NCBI RefSeq assembly: GCF_000010625.1
Contig: NC_010296.1
Location: 780,001 to 812,000, forward strand
From: Microcystis aeruginosa NIES-843
GTDB taxonomy: Bacteria > Cyanobacteriota > Cyanobacteriia > Cyanobacteriales > Microcystaceae
Direction: 5' to 3'
Length of the DNA stretch: 32,000 nucleotides
Position numbers and translations under genes: made by a program. This document shows positions 16,474-26,649 of this stretch, one piece after another. The notes beneath the pieces are model-generated. The model saw only the letters and a program-made list of their open reading frames with translations. It was not told where the DNA came from and did no database searches. Numbering within the stretch: the first letter of the stretch is position 1; each line of letters begins with the position of its first letter.

Positions 16474-17080
16474 AGTCCGGTTGATTTGAAGTTACAGCCA
16501 TCAAATTATCTATGCCTAAATCTATCGCAGCTATCTTTTCATTAGGAGCTAAGAACTGTTCGGTTTTCTCATAAATTACCTCGATTACATAACAATCACA
16601 TTTAGGAACTATTCTAACTTCTGCTATGCGCTCCGCCACTCTTGTCGGCAAGGCAATTGAAGTACCTGATAGTTTGACAAATCCTTGCCTAAGACCTACT
16701 TTGCTTAGGGCTTGAATCGTGTAAACTAAGAGATTTCGTCCTTTTTTTGGCTCCTTATAGCCAGGGATTTTTGGTTTTCCCAGAAATTTATCGGGGTGAC
16801 TTTTAAACTCCGATGAAGCGGCAAAAAATGATGGCCAGTTTTTGTCTAATCCTCTTAAAACTTGTTGGGAAACTTTAGCAGGTAAAGCTTGATACTGTTC
16901 TGTCTTTTTCATGAGAGAAGCCATCTGATTATAGGTCAAATAGCCATGACCATAAATGAAGTTTTGTCGGATTAAATAATTGGCTGAGTTGTAGAGATTT
17001 TTAGACTGCCAAGATAAATTATCTATCTCAGCACAAAATCGATGTCCTTTCTTGATAATGTGTCTTTCGGCTACTAACAT
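16468..17080 (-). pseudogene. tnpB: tnpB fragment (first ~205 codons)
   Basis: MLVAERHIIKKGHRF...VTSNQPDFIP is ~95% identical to the 28405-29469 ORF and then diverges into unrelated sequence. RuvC-II and RuvC-III are missing. Confidence 0.9.
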
Positions 17081-17245
17081 TATTGTCCGTTGTCTTTTAA
17101 CTCAGCGTCGGGTTTTGAAGGGTTGTCATCCGTTGTCATAATTGTACCAGAAGGCAATTGATAGCCTGTTAAATTCCCTTGTTTCCACCACCTCCAAGCC
17201 GTTCGATAACTTATTCCTGTTTTTTTTGCCTAGTCCGATAGTTTT
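17081..17245 (-). pseudogene. tnpA: tnpA (serine recombinase) remnant: HTH region fused to the last 8 codons; start codon lost
   Basis: The sequence equivalent to 29496-29900 is absent. The ATG region reads ACAGACAAAAC, and TAT>TAG creates an early stop. Confidence 0.8.
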
Positions 17246-17332
17246 GTCTGTACATATTGCCATGAATGACTATATATGACCATATTTGTATTGAAACTTT
17301 ACAATACACTCTAGACCGATGAAAACCTTATG

Positions 17333-17433
17333 ATACTAAATCCGTTTATTAAAAACTGATTATTTATTCCCCCTATTGCAAGAGTGCCTATTGCCTGTCC
17401 TTATAAGTGGCCTATGCTCAACGGATTCAGTAT
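17333..17433. mobile_element. ~100-bp MITE, copy C (inverted relative to copies A and B)
   Basis: GATACTAAATCCGTTTATTAAAAACTGATTATTTATTCC...CTCAACGGATTCAGTAT is the reverse complement of the 30098-30197 family member. Confidence 0.75.
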
Positions 17434-17693
17434 TATACCCGACATTCCGCACATCTTCATATACCTTTATATATTTTTACATTCCCCAAGATGTTTTGAC
17501 GAAAAAGCTTCATTGTAGAAACTACTATTGAGAACATTTTCAATAATTGATTTTTTCTGAGAAAACAAATTACAATTCTTCACCTTGATGAAAATCGATC
17601 CTTGTAGCTACAATCTTTACTGGCAAAGGGTTGTAAGCAATGTATTAGTAAAAATTATCAATTGAATGTTAAGAAGTGCGGAAAGTGGGTACT

Positions 17694-18386
17694 TTATTTT
17701 TTTGCAAGTTCCTTACTGCGACCGACGATCGCCCGGAGATAGCTAATTGCTAAGGCCAAAAATGCAAGGGTAATACTTTCTTTGACGATAAAAATCCCTA
17801 AACCGATCAGCACACAGGGAACAAAGGTACTTCCCTGACTGGTTAGGATGGTGGCGATGGTCGGCACACTGGTCAACCCGTAGGCGAACGCACACCAAAC
17901 CCCCACCAGAATCAAAAACACGCTGACGATAACGATCAGACTTGTTACGCTACTACTGGCGAAAAGGGGAACGTAAATGCCGATATTATCGCTGCCGTTG
18001 GCGACGGTCAACGCAGCCACGCTATAGGTGCGCGGGTCAAACCAACCACCGAAGGGGGAATGTTTCGCACCCTCCAGGTCCACTTCGACATTCTCCGGCT
18101 CTTGCTGCTTATCATCTTCTTTGAGAAGGGAAAAGATGCCGAGAATCACAGGAACGAGGCCTAGATAGCGAATCCATGGGGTAGGGATGAGAAAGCAACC
18201 GAAAAATCCCGCTAAACTGGCAATAACAAGCAGACTAAAGCCGATATACTGACCGATGACGATATCGCGACGACGGAAGAGTCTCCCCGTTTGGCTGAAG
18301 AGAATCGTCAGGATCAATATATCGTCGAGGTTGGTGGCGACGAATGCTGCTACACCCGTAGATATGGCAATCACAATCTCGATCAT
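17694..18386 (-). CDS. CadD-family (cadmium resistance transporter-like) membrane protein
   Basis: MIEIVIAISTGVAAFVATNLDDILILTILFSQ is the typical CadD/PF03596 start. The NGSDNIGIYVPLFA motif is present. The Met at 18386 is preferred over the track start at 18458. Confidence 0.75.
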   Translation of the reverse strand: MIEIVIAISTGVAAFVATNLDDILILTILFSQTGRLFRRRDIVIGQYIGFSLLVIASLAGFFGCFLIPTPWIRYLGLVPVILGIFSLLKEDDKQQEPENVEVDLEGAKHSPFGGWFDPRTYSVAALTVANGSDNIGIYVPLFASSSVTSLIVIVSVFLILVGVWCAFAYGLTSVPTIATILTSQGSTFVPCVLIGLGIFIVKESITLAFLALAISYLRAIVGRSKELAKK

Positions 18387-18527
18387 CGTTTTTTTCCTTA
18401 AGATAGCTGTCGGGTTCGTCCGTTCGTTACCTTCACCATGGCAGGGGAAACCGATCAATTAATCGGCAACGGGGGAATTTTACTACCTATCCCGATGGAG
18501 AAACTGTATCTCGTGCGACCGATCGCT

Positions 18528-19619
18528 CTATCCCGGTGCGGGATGGAAAAAGAAAGCAAGGGTGATCACTGCGTAGGTGGCGACGAGTAATATACCCTCT
18601 AGCCAGTTCGAGCGACCGTCGTTACTGATCGAGTTAGTCAGCCACACCGCGACGGCGACGGCGACCAATTCAAACGGATCAAAATCGAGAGCCATCGGCT
18701 GACCGAGGAAATAACCCGCGATTACGAGAACCGGCGCGACAAAAAGTGCGATTTGCAGACTCGAACCCACCGTCACGGAAACCGCCAGATCCATTTTGTC
18801 TTTTAAGGCGACCCTAACCGCGGTGGCGTGTTCGGCCGCGTTGCCGATAATTGGCAGCAGGATCACCCCCGTGAAAAGGGTCGTTAATCCTAATTTATGC
18901 GTGGCTTCCTCTAGGGTATTAACTAACAATTCCGATTCGACCGCCACCCCGATGGTCACCAGCAGTAATATCCCCACCCAGAGCCAGAGATTCGGCTTTT
19001 TTACGCTTACCGCTTCCCCCGACTCTTGATCGAGATCGGCGACCCCCACCTCGTAAAGATAGGTGTGGGTCTTCATCGAAAACAGCAGACTCAGGCAATA
19101 CACAAAAATTAATACCGCCGCCACCGCTACCGAGAGACGCTGTAGGACGCTCTCCTCGATTGCGGCGGAGGTGTATTGAACGGTCGTGGGTAGGAGGATC
19201 GCCGCGACGGCGAGATTCATCGACGAGGAATTTAAACGGGCGGTCACGGGCTGGAATTTCTGTTCTTTATAGCGTAATCCGCCGAAAAACATCGATACGC
19301 CCGTTACCAGCAGCAGATTCCCGATAATCGAACCGGTAATCGTCGCTTTCACCACCTCGATCAAACCCTCTTCCAGGGCGGCGTAGGCGAGAATTAATTC
19401 GGTAGCGTTGCCGAAGGTGGCATTCAGTAAACCGCCGAGATTGGGTCCGACCACGACGGCGATTTCCTCGGTTGCCTTTCCCATGTAAGCGGCGAGGGGA
19501 ACGATTGCCAGACAGGCACTCAGAAAAATGATCGTCACGTCCCAATGGAGGAAATTCCCAGCGATCGAGATCGGGACAAAAACCAACAAAATGGCGAAAA
19601 TCCAGTTTTTTATATTCAT
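18528..19619 (-). CDS. Ca2+/H+ exchanger (CAX family)
   Basis: The two alpha-repeat signatures GNATELI and GNAAEH are present, with 11 TM-like segments in 363 aa. Confidence 0.85.
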   Translation of the reverse strand: MNIKNWIFAILLVFVPISIAGNFLHWDVTIIFLSACLAIVPLAAYMGKATEEIAVVVGPNLGGLLNATFGNATELILAYAALEEGLIEVVKATITGSIIGNLLLVTGVSMFFGGLRYKEQKFQPVTARLNSSSMNLAVAAILLPTTVQYTSAAIEESVLQRLSVAVAAVLIFVYCLSLLFSMKTHTYLYEVGVADLDQESGEAVSVKKPNLWLWVGILLLVTIGVAVESELLVNTLEEATHKLGLTTLFTGVILLPIIGNAAEHATAVRVALKDKMDLAVSVTVGSSLQIALFVAPVLVIAGYFLGQPMALDFDPFELVAVAVAVWLTNSISNDGRSNWLEGILLVATYAVITLAFFFHPAPG

Positions 19620-19692
19620 ACCAAGGGATGTTTCGGGATCAAACCGCGCACGGTTTTGAAAAACAGACTATCAGCCTTCTTTACTGTTTCAA

Positions 19693-20490
19693 TTACCCAA
19701 ATCGCCCGGTAATATACTCCCGGGCCTCGTCGGTTTGCGGATTGCCGAACATAACTTCCGTGGGGCTAAATTCGACTAATTTTCCCCGGCGTTTCCCGGA
19801 GGGATCGGTTTCGGTGTTAAAAAACGCCGTCCAGTCGGCGATCCGCGATGCCTGCTGCATATTGTGGGTGACGGTAATGATCGTGTAACTTTCCTTCAGT
19901 TGTAGGCACAATTCCTCCACCTGACGGGTAGAGATGGGATCGAGGGCCGAACAGGGTTCATCCATCAATAAAACATCCGGCTTCATCGCGATCGCACGGG
20001 CGATACAGAGACGCTGTTGTTGTCCCCCCGATAGTGCCGTTCCTTTTTCTTTCAGTTTGTCCTTTACTTCCTCCCAGATCGCCGCCTGCCGCAGGGAATA
20101 CTCGACCAATTCATCAAGATTTCCCTGATAACCGTTGGTTCGGGGCGCGTAGGCGATATTCTCGTAAATGCTCTTGGGAAAAGGGTTCGGACGTTGGAAA
20201 ACCATGCCCACCTGTCGCCGTAACTTGACTGCGTTGACCTGCGAATCGTAAATATTCTGATTTCGGTAGAGTAATTTTCCCTCCACCTTGGCGCCGGGGA
20301 TCAGATCGTTCATTCGGTTAAAGCAGCGCAAGAGGGTACTTTTCCCGCAACCGGACGGCCCGATAAAGGCGACGATTTTTCGTGCAGGAATTTTAATATG
20401 AACGTCCACAAGAGCGAGAAACCCGTTATAAAAAACTTTCACTCCTTCCGCCTCGAAAACACTGTGATCTGGGTTAAGGTGGGTAGTCAT
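19693..20490 (-). CDS. pstB: Phosphate ABC transporter ATP-binding protein
   Basis: Walker [10 protein letters not shown], signature LSGGQQQR and Walker B LLMDEP. The PstB-typical FRNQNIYD-type region and length (265 aa) fit. Confidence 0.9.
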   Translation of the reverse strand: MTTHLNPDHSVFEAEGVKVFYNGFLALVDVHIKIPARKIVAFIGPSGCGKSTLLRCFNRMNDLIPGAKVEGKLLYRNQNIYDSQVNAVKLRRQVGMVFQRPNPFPKSIYENIAYAPRTNGYQGNLDELVEYSLRQAAIWEEVKDKLKEKGTALSGGQQQRLCIARAIAMKPDVLLMDEPCSALDPISTRQVEELCLQLKESYTIITVTHNMQQASRIADWTAFFNTETDPSGKRRGKLVEFSPTEVMFGNPQTDEAREYITGRFG

Positions 20491-20629
20491 GGCAAAAATT
20501 CTCCTGATCGTTTATTAAAAATCGATGGTTTTTTTAGAGGGGCGGGTTTGCAAACCCTCCCGTACTGGAGAAGTGGGGAGTGCAGGAGTAGGGAAGGTTA
20601 TGTATCTACCCCCTTGCCCGCTGCCTTCC

Positions 20630-21520
20630 CTAATTCAGTGTCGAATAACGTTGACGTAGATAGATGGCGATGGCGTTGAGGGCGAGAATTAACAGGATCA
20701 GAACGATAATCGCGGCCGCCGCCGCATTAGCAAAACCGGGTTCGGGACGGGTGATATAGCTGAAAATTTGAATCGGTAGTGCCATAAAGCGTTGGAATAA
20801 ACCAGGATCGAAAGTGAGGAAACTAACCGCGCCGACGACCATTAAGGAAGCCGCGTCCCCGATCGCCCGCGACACGGAGATAATCACCCCCGTGAGAATC
20901 CCCGGCACCGCGTAGGGTAAAACATGGTGTTGGATCGTCTGCCATTTGGTACTGCCTAGACCGTAGGAGGCTTGGCGTAGGGAATCGGGAACCGCCCGGA
21001 TCGCCTCCCGCGCCGTGACGATAATCACTGGCAGCGAGAGAAGCGCAAGGGTTAACGCGCCGGAAATCAGCGTCGGGCCAAAATTGAGCAGATAGTTAAA
21101 AACCGCTAATCCTAATAAGCCGTAGACGATCGAGGGAACCCCGGCCAGATTGCCGATATTCACCTCGATCAGTGCCGTCCACCAAGTTTTCGGGGCGTAT
21201 TCCTCTAGATACAAAGCCGACCCGACCCCGATCGGGACCGCCACGAGAAGCACGATAATTCCCAGATAGAAACTACCGATGATCGCCGGACGGATACCGC
21301 CCCTTTCCGGGAAACGGGAAGGCGTTTCCGTGAGGAATCCGGGGGTTAAGAGTCGTCCGAGTCCATCGTGGGCGATATTCAACACCAACAGCGCCAGAAC
21401 GAACAAACCGATCAGTAAACCGAAGAGGAAAAGATACTCGCAGAATTTGCCGATCGCCTCGCGGCGTTCGAGATGGTCGATAAATTCAACGGTATCGGAT
21501 TTGACAGAGGATTTAACCAT
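20630..21520 (-). CDS. pstA: Phosphate ABC transporter permease
   Basis: Permease with an EAA-type loop (REAIRAVPDSLRQASYGLGSTKWQ), in the position after pstC. Confidence 0.85.
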   Translation of the reverse strand: MVKSSVKSDTVEFIDHLERREAIGKFCEYLFLFGLLIGLFVLALLVLNIAHDGLGRLLTPGFLTETPSRFPERGGIRPAIIGSFYLGIIVLLVAVPIGVGSALYLEEYAPKTWWTALIEVNIGNLAGVPSIVYGLLGLAVFNYLLNFGPTLISGALTLALLSLPVIIVTAREAIRAVPDSLRQASYGLGSTKWQTIQHHVLPYAVPGILTGVIISVSRAIGDAASLMVVGAVSFLTFDPGLFQRFMALPIQIFSYITRPEPGFANAAAAAIIVLILLILALNAIAIYLRQRYSTLN

Positions 21521-21526
21521 GGGAAA

Positions 21527-22471
21527 TCAATCGTATTTTTCTTTAAAACGGTGGGAGATCCAGTAACTGGCTAGATTCAGCACCAGCGTGATCAGAAAAA
21601 GCACCGCGCCGACTGCGTAGAGGGTTTTAAAACTGAGACTGCCCCGGGGCGCATCTCCCCCGGAAATCTCGGCCATAAAAGCGGTCATCGTGGCGATCGA
21701 CTCGAAGGGATTGAGGGTAAGCCGGGGTTGCGAGCCGGCGGCGATCAACACCGTCATCGTTTCCCCCACCGCCCGGGACATTCCCAGAATAATCGAGGCC
21801 ATGATCCCGGAGAGGGAGGCGGGGAGAACCACTTTAAAAATCGTTTCCAGCTTGGTAATTCCTAGGGCGTAGGAACCCTCGCGCAGGGAACGGGGAACCG
21901 CTCGGATCGCGTCTAAACTAATCGATCCCACCGTGGGAGTGATCATGATCCCCATCATTAACCCGGCGCTGAGGGCGTTAAAAATCTCGACGGGGAAAAG
22001 ATTCCGCAAAGTGGGCGTGACCACCAGTAGGGCGAAGTACCCGTACACCACCGTGGGAATCCCGGCGAGAAGTTCCACCGCAGGGCGTAAAATCGCCGCT
22101 AGGTTCGGTTTTGCGTATTCGGCGAGGTAGATCGCGGAAGATAGGCCTAAAGGAACCGCGACGGACATAGCGATGGCCGTGGTTAAAAATGTCCCGTTAA
22201 TCAGCGGCCAGATGCCGAAATGAGGGGTGGCGAACAGTGGAGTCCAACGGGTATCGAGAAAGAATTGGGCGAAAGATACCTCTTGAAAAAATCCCCAGGT
22301 TTCACTAAAAATAATCGCCACGATGCCGATTGTCGTCGCCACGGAAACGAAAGCGCAAGCGAAGAGAATCAGCGCGATTATCTTCTCTTGAATATCGTCG
22401 CCAGGGCGCTTGAGGAGTGAATTATCTGCCGCGAAAAAAGAATTATCGAAAGAACTCGGGGTTAAGGTCAT
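21527..22471 (-). CDS. pstC: Phosphate ABC transporter permease
   Basis: Permease with LDAIRAVPRSLREGSYALGITKLE, in the position after pstS. Confidence 0.85.
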   Translation of the reverse strand: MTLTPSSFDNSFFAADNSLLKRPGDDIQEKIIALILFACAFVSVATTIGIVAIIFSETWGFFQEVSFAQFFLDTRWTPLFATPHFGIWPLINGTFLTTAIAMSVAVPLGLSSAIYLAEYAKPNLAAILRPAVELLAGIPTVVYGYFALLVVTPTLRNLFPVEIFNALSAGLMMGIMITPTVGSISLDAIRAVPRSLREGSYALGITKLETIFKVVLPASLSGIMASIILGMSRAVGETMTVLIAAGSQPRLTLNPFESIATMTAFMAEISGGDAPRGSLSFKTLYAVGAVLFLITLVLNLASYWISHRFKEKYD

Positions 22472-22491
22472 GGTTTGACAAAATTCCTTTT

Positions 22492-23532
22492 TTAGATAAA
22501 GTTCGTGATCGGTTCTCCCGGTTTAGCTTTGCCGAATTTCGATCCCGTTTCCCCGCGCTCGAATTTCCGCAGGGTTTTGACGTAGGCCTCATCAGGTAAA
22601 GCGACGTAACCCACGCCATCGACCCATTTCCAGGAATTTTCTAAATAGAAGCGCACGAATTTTTCCAGGGATGGATTCGTTTTTAAATTATTCTTGTTGA
22701 CGTAGATAAACAGGGGACGGGAAAGGGGATTATAGACATTGCGGAGAACGTTATCGATGGGGACCGGTTTGACGCATTTTCCTTCATTATTTTCGATCGC
22801 CACCAAGTTCAATCGATCTTGGTTCTGCATATAGAAAGAGATGCCTAAATAGGCAAGCGCGGATGGATTGCCGATTACCCCCTGTACGAGGGCGTTTTGA
22901 TTGCGGTTCGGGGTAAAATCGGTGCGGCTATTTCTCCGTTTTCCCGTGATCGCTTGGGTGAAATAATCGAAGGTTCCCGTATCGGAAGGCGGGGCGAAAA
23001 GTAATAATCTTTCGTCGGGAAATTTGGGATTAATCTGTTTCCAACTGGTAATCCTACCCTCCGCTTTCGTGTTCCACATTCGATCGAGTTCTTTAATCGT
23101 TAAACACTTGGCGAATTGATTTTTTTTATTGACGATCACCGCCAATCCGTCGATCGCCATCGGTAATTCCAGAAATTCCACGCCGTTTTCCCGACATTTC
23201 TCGATCTCTTCTTTCCGGATCACCCGCGATGCCCCGGCAATGTCGAGATTTCCGGCGCAGAACTTACTAAAACCGCCCCCGGTTCCACTGGTGGCGACGC
23301 TAACCCTTGCGTCGGGATGGATTCTCTGATATTCTTCGGCAACGGCGAGGGAGAGGGCGAAACCCACCGCACCACCGTCGATCGAGACTGGTGGTTGTTT
23401 CTCGGCCGAGTCGGCCGGGCGACCGCAACCGGCGATCAAATTACTGGCCATCAGAAGGGAGATCAGGAAAAAATAATAGACCTCTTGCATAATTTTTTTA
23501 TGGTATAATATAAGGTTTTGCTTTTTTCTCAA
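22492..23532 (-). CDS. pstS: Phosphate-binding lipoprotein, PstS family (alternative start at 23490)
   Basis: Lipobox LIAGC, SGTGGGFSKF phosphate-binding motif, and first position in pstSCAB. Confidence 0.85.
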   Translation of the reverse strand: MRKKQNLILYHKKIMQEVYYFFLISLLMASNLIAGCGRPADSAEKQPPVSIDGGAVGFALSLAVAEEYQRIHPDARVSVATSGTGGGFSKFCAGNLDIAGASRVIRKEEIEKCRENGVEFLELPMAIDGLAVIVNKKNQFAKCLTIKELDRMWNTKAEGRITSWKQINPKFPDERLLLFAPPSDTGTFDYFTQAITGKRRNSRTDFTPNRNQNALVQGVIGNPSALAYLGISFYMQNQDRLNLVAIENNEGKCVKPVPIDNVLRNVYNPLSRPLFIYVNKNNLKTNPSLEKFVRFYLENSWKWVDGVGYVALPDEAYVKTLRKFERGETGSKFGKAKPGEPITNFI

Positions 23533-23554
23533 TTCTTAGATTGAAGTGGAAAAA

Positions 23555-24500
23555 AGAATAAAATGTGATCTTAGGTCAGGAAATCATCTATAATTTTGCT
23601 ATGTTTATTAGCAAAATTATGGATTATCAAAACTTATCAGATGAACAATTCAAACGCCGTTTCGGTGTGTATAAACAAACCTATAGAAAGATGGTAGAAT
23701 CAGTAAAAAGTGTTGAAGCCGACTCTAATTCACCATCTAAAAGGGGACCGAAACCTAAACTATCTATAGAAGAACAAGTTTTAGTAACGTTAGAATATTG
23801 GCGAGAATATAGAACATATTTTCACATTGGTACAAGCTGGGAACTATCAGAATCAACTATATGTCGGATTGTAAATAAGACGGAAAAAATGCTTTTACAA
23901 TCGGGAAACTTCCGTTTAAAAGGAAAAAAAGCTTTACTCAATCAAGCAGAGATACCGGTCATAACGGTAATGGATGTAACGGAAACTCCCATTGAACGCC
24001 CCCAAAAGAAACAGAAAGATTTTTTGGGGGGTAAAAGAGGTTATCATACTTTAAAATCCCAATTAGTAGCTGATCAAAATACAAAGGAAATTATCTGTGT
24101 CTTTTGTGGGAAAGGTAGAGGTCATGATTTTAGTTTATTTAAAAAAAGTCGAGTTCGTTTTCATCCTTTAACTACCAGCATAGAAGACAGTGGTTATCAG
24201 GGAATAGCTGCATACCATAGTAATAGTTATACACCGAAAAAGAAATCGAAAAATAGAAAATTAACAGAGTTAGAAAAAGAGTATAACAAGGCTTTAGCCA
24301 AAGAAAGGATTATCATTGAACCTATAAATAGGAAACTCAAAATCTTTAAAATCTTATCCTGTAAATATCGGAATCGTCGTCGAAGATATAGTTTAAGAGT
24401 TAACTTGTTGGCGGCTATTTATAACTGTGAGTTAGGGATAGGTATAGCAGCTTCTTAAAAGTTGCCTAAAGATTAATCAAGTCAAGGAGAATTTATTCTC
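23555..24500 (+). mobile_element. IS5-family (DDE_Tnp_4 / Harbinger-like) insertion sequence; ends approximate
   Basis: Contains the transposase ORF. The only inverted similarity at the ends is weak (AGAATAAAAT.. / ..AATTTATTCT, ATCTTAGG / CCTAAAGAT). Boundaries are not resolved. Confidence 0.4.
23565..24458 (+). CDS. IS5-family DDE transposase (likely true start MDYQNL at 23619)
   Basis: HTH-like N-terminus. Catalytic pattern MDVTETPIERP ... GRGHDFSLFK ... DSGYQG ... ERIIIEP is typical of DDE_Tnp_4 transposases. Confidence 0.75.
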   Translation: MILGQEIIYNFAMFISKIMDYQNLSDEQFKRRFGVYKQTYRKMVESVKSVEADSNSPSKRGPKPKLSIEEQVLVTLEYWREYRTYFHIGTSWELSESTICRIVNKTEKMLLQSGNFRLKGKKALLNQAEIPVITVMDVTETPIERPQKKQKDFLGGKRGYHTLKSQLVADQNTKEIICVFCGKGRGHDFSLFKKSRVRFHPLTTSIEDSGYQGIAAYHSNSYTPKKKSKNRKLTELEKEYNKALAKERIIIEPINRKLKIFKILSCKYRNRRRRYSLRVNLLAAIYNCELGIGIAAS

Positions 24501-24731
24501 AATTTTTATAATTGAGATAGTTTGTGCCGCTTAAATAAAGAGGTTTTGATAACCAAATTAAAGCAGCTCTAAAGAGTTTTGAGTTAAAAGTTAAACTTCA
24601 AGTTTTCATTCAGGACAAATGTACTGATTAACTAATTTTTTGGGGAAAATTAGTTAACCCATCATTATAACATATAATTAATTTGCAAGAGTTCTAATGA
24701 GAGAATTTCATAGATTAAAGCGGGAAAAATG

Positions 24732-25805
24732 TTAAGAAGCGGACTGGTTTTTAATCTGCTCAAAGATGCCGTTATTGGCCAGAAATTCCTTTTCGATCAA
24801 CGTCCAACCGCCGAGATCTTGGGCGTTGAAAAGAGTTTCGATCGGCGGGAATTGTAATCCTTCATCCTTGGCCACGAAGGGATTGACCGAGCGATAGCCT
24901 AATTTGGCCAATTCCTGTTGTGCCGGCTCGGAATAGAGGAAATTCACAAAGGCCTCGGCCACCTCTCGCGTGCCGTGTTTATCGACATTTCTATCCACCA
25001 CCGCCACGGGATTATCGATCGAGATATTGACCGGGGGGACTAAGTAATTGGTATCTGGTTGATTTCTTGCCGCTAGAATTACCTCGTTTTCGTAGGTGAC
25101 TAAAACATCCCCCTTTCCTTCTTGGAAAAAGGCATTGCTGGCTTCCCGCGCGTCCCTGGCTAGGGTGGGAATCTTTTGATAGATCCGGCGGACAAAATCC
25201 CATGCCTGTTGCGGTTCGCCCCCCGTTTGCGTCACCGAACCCCAGAGGGCTAATAACTGCCAAATAGCGATCCCGGAAGTTTTCGGATCGGCGGATAGAA
25301 CCGTAACGTCCTCTCTAGCCAGATCCGCCCAAGATTGAATCTTTTTCGGATTTCCCGCCCGCGTGACAATCGCCGCAACCGAGTGACTCACCACTCCCCT
25401 TCTCGGAACCCGCTCTTCCCAACCGCGATTAATCAGGCCGGCTTGAGATATCCGCATCACGTCGAGGGGAAGGGCGAGATGTACCACGTCCGCCTCTTGT
25501 TTCCCAGCAATCACGTCATCGGCCTGGGCCAGGGAACCGCCGTAACTGCGCTGGAAAATGACTTTTTGGTTATGCTCTTTCCGCCATTTCTCGACGAATT
25601 TCGGGATAATCTGGTCGTGGGCGGCTTTCGTGACCGAGAAGGAAACGAGATTCAGTTTCACCTCCGGTTTTGAGCCGATTCCCCCGCAGGAGGCGAGGGC
25701 GAGACTTGCCAACAGTCCCACTAACAGGAAGGAAAGGAAGCTCCTCCCCGATAAGGAACGAAAGGGACGAAACAGCGATCGAATTGGCAACAGTGATACA
25801 TTCAT
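24732..25805 (-). CDS. Sulfate/thiosulfate-binding lipoprotein (Sbp/CysP family)
   Basis: Lipobox LALASC. SYGGS...Q, ADVVHLALPLDV and DPKTSGIAIW are typical of sulfate-binding proteins. No cysTWA genes are adjacent. Confidence 0.8.
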   Translation of the reverse strand: MNVSLLPIRSLFRPFRSLSGRSFLSFLLVGLLASLALASCGGIGSKPEVKLNLVSFSVTKAAHDQIIPKFVEKWRKEHNQKVIFQRSYGGSLAQADDVIAGKQEADVVHLALPLDVMRISQAGLINRGWEERVPRRGVVSHSVAAIVTRAGNPKKIQSWADLAREDVTVLSADPKTSGIAIWQLLALWGSVTQTGGEPQQAWDFVRRIYQKIPTLARDAREASNAFFQEGKGDVLVTYENEVILAARNQPDTNYLVPPVNISIDNPVAVVDRNVDKHGTREVAEAFVNFLYSEPAQQELAKLGYRSVNPFVAKDEGLQFPPIETLFNAQDLGGWTLIEKEFLANNGIFEQIKNQSAS

Positions 25806-25912
25806 CGGGATTTTCTCGATAAGGTTGCTCTAAACCAACTAATTTTTTCTTCTCTCTTCCTGAATTTTGACTCCCGTGGGAGCCGGAGATTGGCGTTTAC
25901 GGGGGGTCTAAT

Positions 25913-26596
25913 TTACCCGGTGGGAATCAACAGGCGATAGGAGCCGTTATCGAGAATAATCCGTAGCCCCAACCACATCAGCACAAAAGGGAAAAGCTTA
26001 CTGGCATAACGGCTGAGGACAACCGCGATCCCCGGTTGGCGGGTTAGATTATAGGAGAGAAATAACCAAGTACAGACGATTAGATAGCAGATCGGGATGA
26101 TTACGGCTAACTGCGCCACGGTACTATTGGCGAATAGGGGAATGTAGATACCGAGATTATTGCCGCCATTGGATATCGTGACCGCGGAAACTTTATAGGT
26201 TTGGCGATCGCTGAAGACTTGACCGAGGGATAGTCTGCGGGAGGCGAATCCGTGAAATCGGGCGTTTCTTCGCAAATTCACCTTGCGATCTGCGGTTTCC
26301 CTCTCGTTATCGCGATTTAACGTCAGTAAATTTCTCACACCGATGAGGATCGGCAAGATTCCGAGAAGACCGATATAAATCGGCGGGATGATTAAGCCGA
26401 GTAGAAAACCCAGCAAGCTCACCGATACTAAGGCCGTAAACCCGACTAGCTCGCCGACGACAACGTGAACCGGGCGAAAGGTACGATTTACCTCGCTAAA
26501 GAAGCCGGTTAGATAAATATTGTCGTCGAAGGTGGTGGCTATGCCGGTGGCCACCGCGATTTTGACGATTTCGATCAACCAATCCATCCATACCAC
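25913..26596 (-). CDS. Second CadD-family membrane protein (divergent paralog)
   Basis: IEIVKIAVATGIATTFDDNIYLTGFF and NGGNNLGIYIPLFA parallel the motifs of 17694-18386. Confidence 0.7.
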   Translation of the reverse strand: MVWMDWLIEIVKIAVATGIATTFDDNIYLTGFFSEVNRTFRPVHVVVGELVGFTALVSVSLLGFLLGLIIPPIYIGLLGILPILIGVRNLLTLNRDNERETADRKVNLRRNARFHGFASRRLSLGQVFSDRQTYKVSAVTISNGGNNLGIYIPLFANSTVAQLAVIIPICYLIVCTWLFLSYNLTRQPGIAVVLSRYASKLFPFVLMWLGLRIILDNGSYRLLIPTG

Positions 26597-26649
26597 CTCG
26601 ATCTCTCAAATGCGGGCGCAATTTCACTTTAAAACTATATCATTTTCAA

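Larger units (their letters stand above)
16468..17307 (-). mobile_element. Degenerate IS607-family copy (tnpB 3'-truncated, tnpA internally deleted, left end intact)
   Basis: Colinear with 28863-30101 of the full element, except for a 405-bp deletion. Homology stops at ~16468 and at 17307 (...GAAACTTTACAATAC). Confidence 0.85.

Noticed and set aside
17445-17685. Weak inverted repeat (GACATTCCGCACATCTTC / GAAGTGCGGAAAGTG) suggesting another ~240-bp MITE.
   Set aside because: The match is short and gapped, with no second copy in the window.
9361-19995. Recurrent GCGATCGC octamers.
   Set aside because: This is HIP1, a genome-wide cyanobacterial signature. It is useful for taxonomy but is not a local functional feature.
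20416-20427. GAGAAACCCGTT, a 12-nt match to the right arm of the 33-nt palindrome, inside pstB.
   Set aside because: There is no partner arm and it lies in conserved coding sequence, so it is a chance match.
20544-20557. Palindrome GGGTTTGCAAACCC in the 139-nt pstA-pstB spacer, as an internal terminator.
   Set aside because: On the coding (minus) strand the stem is followed by an A-run, not a U-run. It may be a small repeat or an mRNA-stability hairpin, but I have no support for any function.
24555-24600. Possible displaced Pho boxes (TTTAACTT / TTTAACTC / CTTTAATT on the minus strand) beyond the IS.
   Set aside because: The two best repeats are 7 nt apart rather than 11. Only loose 11-nt phasing is seen for weaker matches. 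This is not enough to call.
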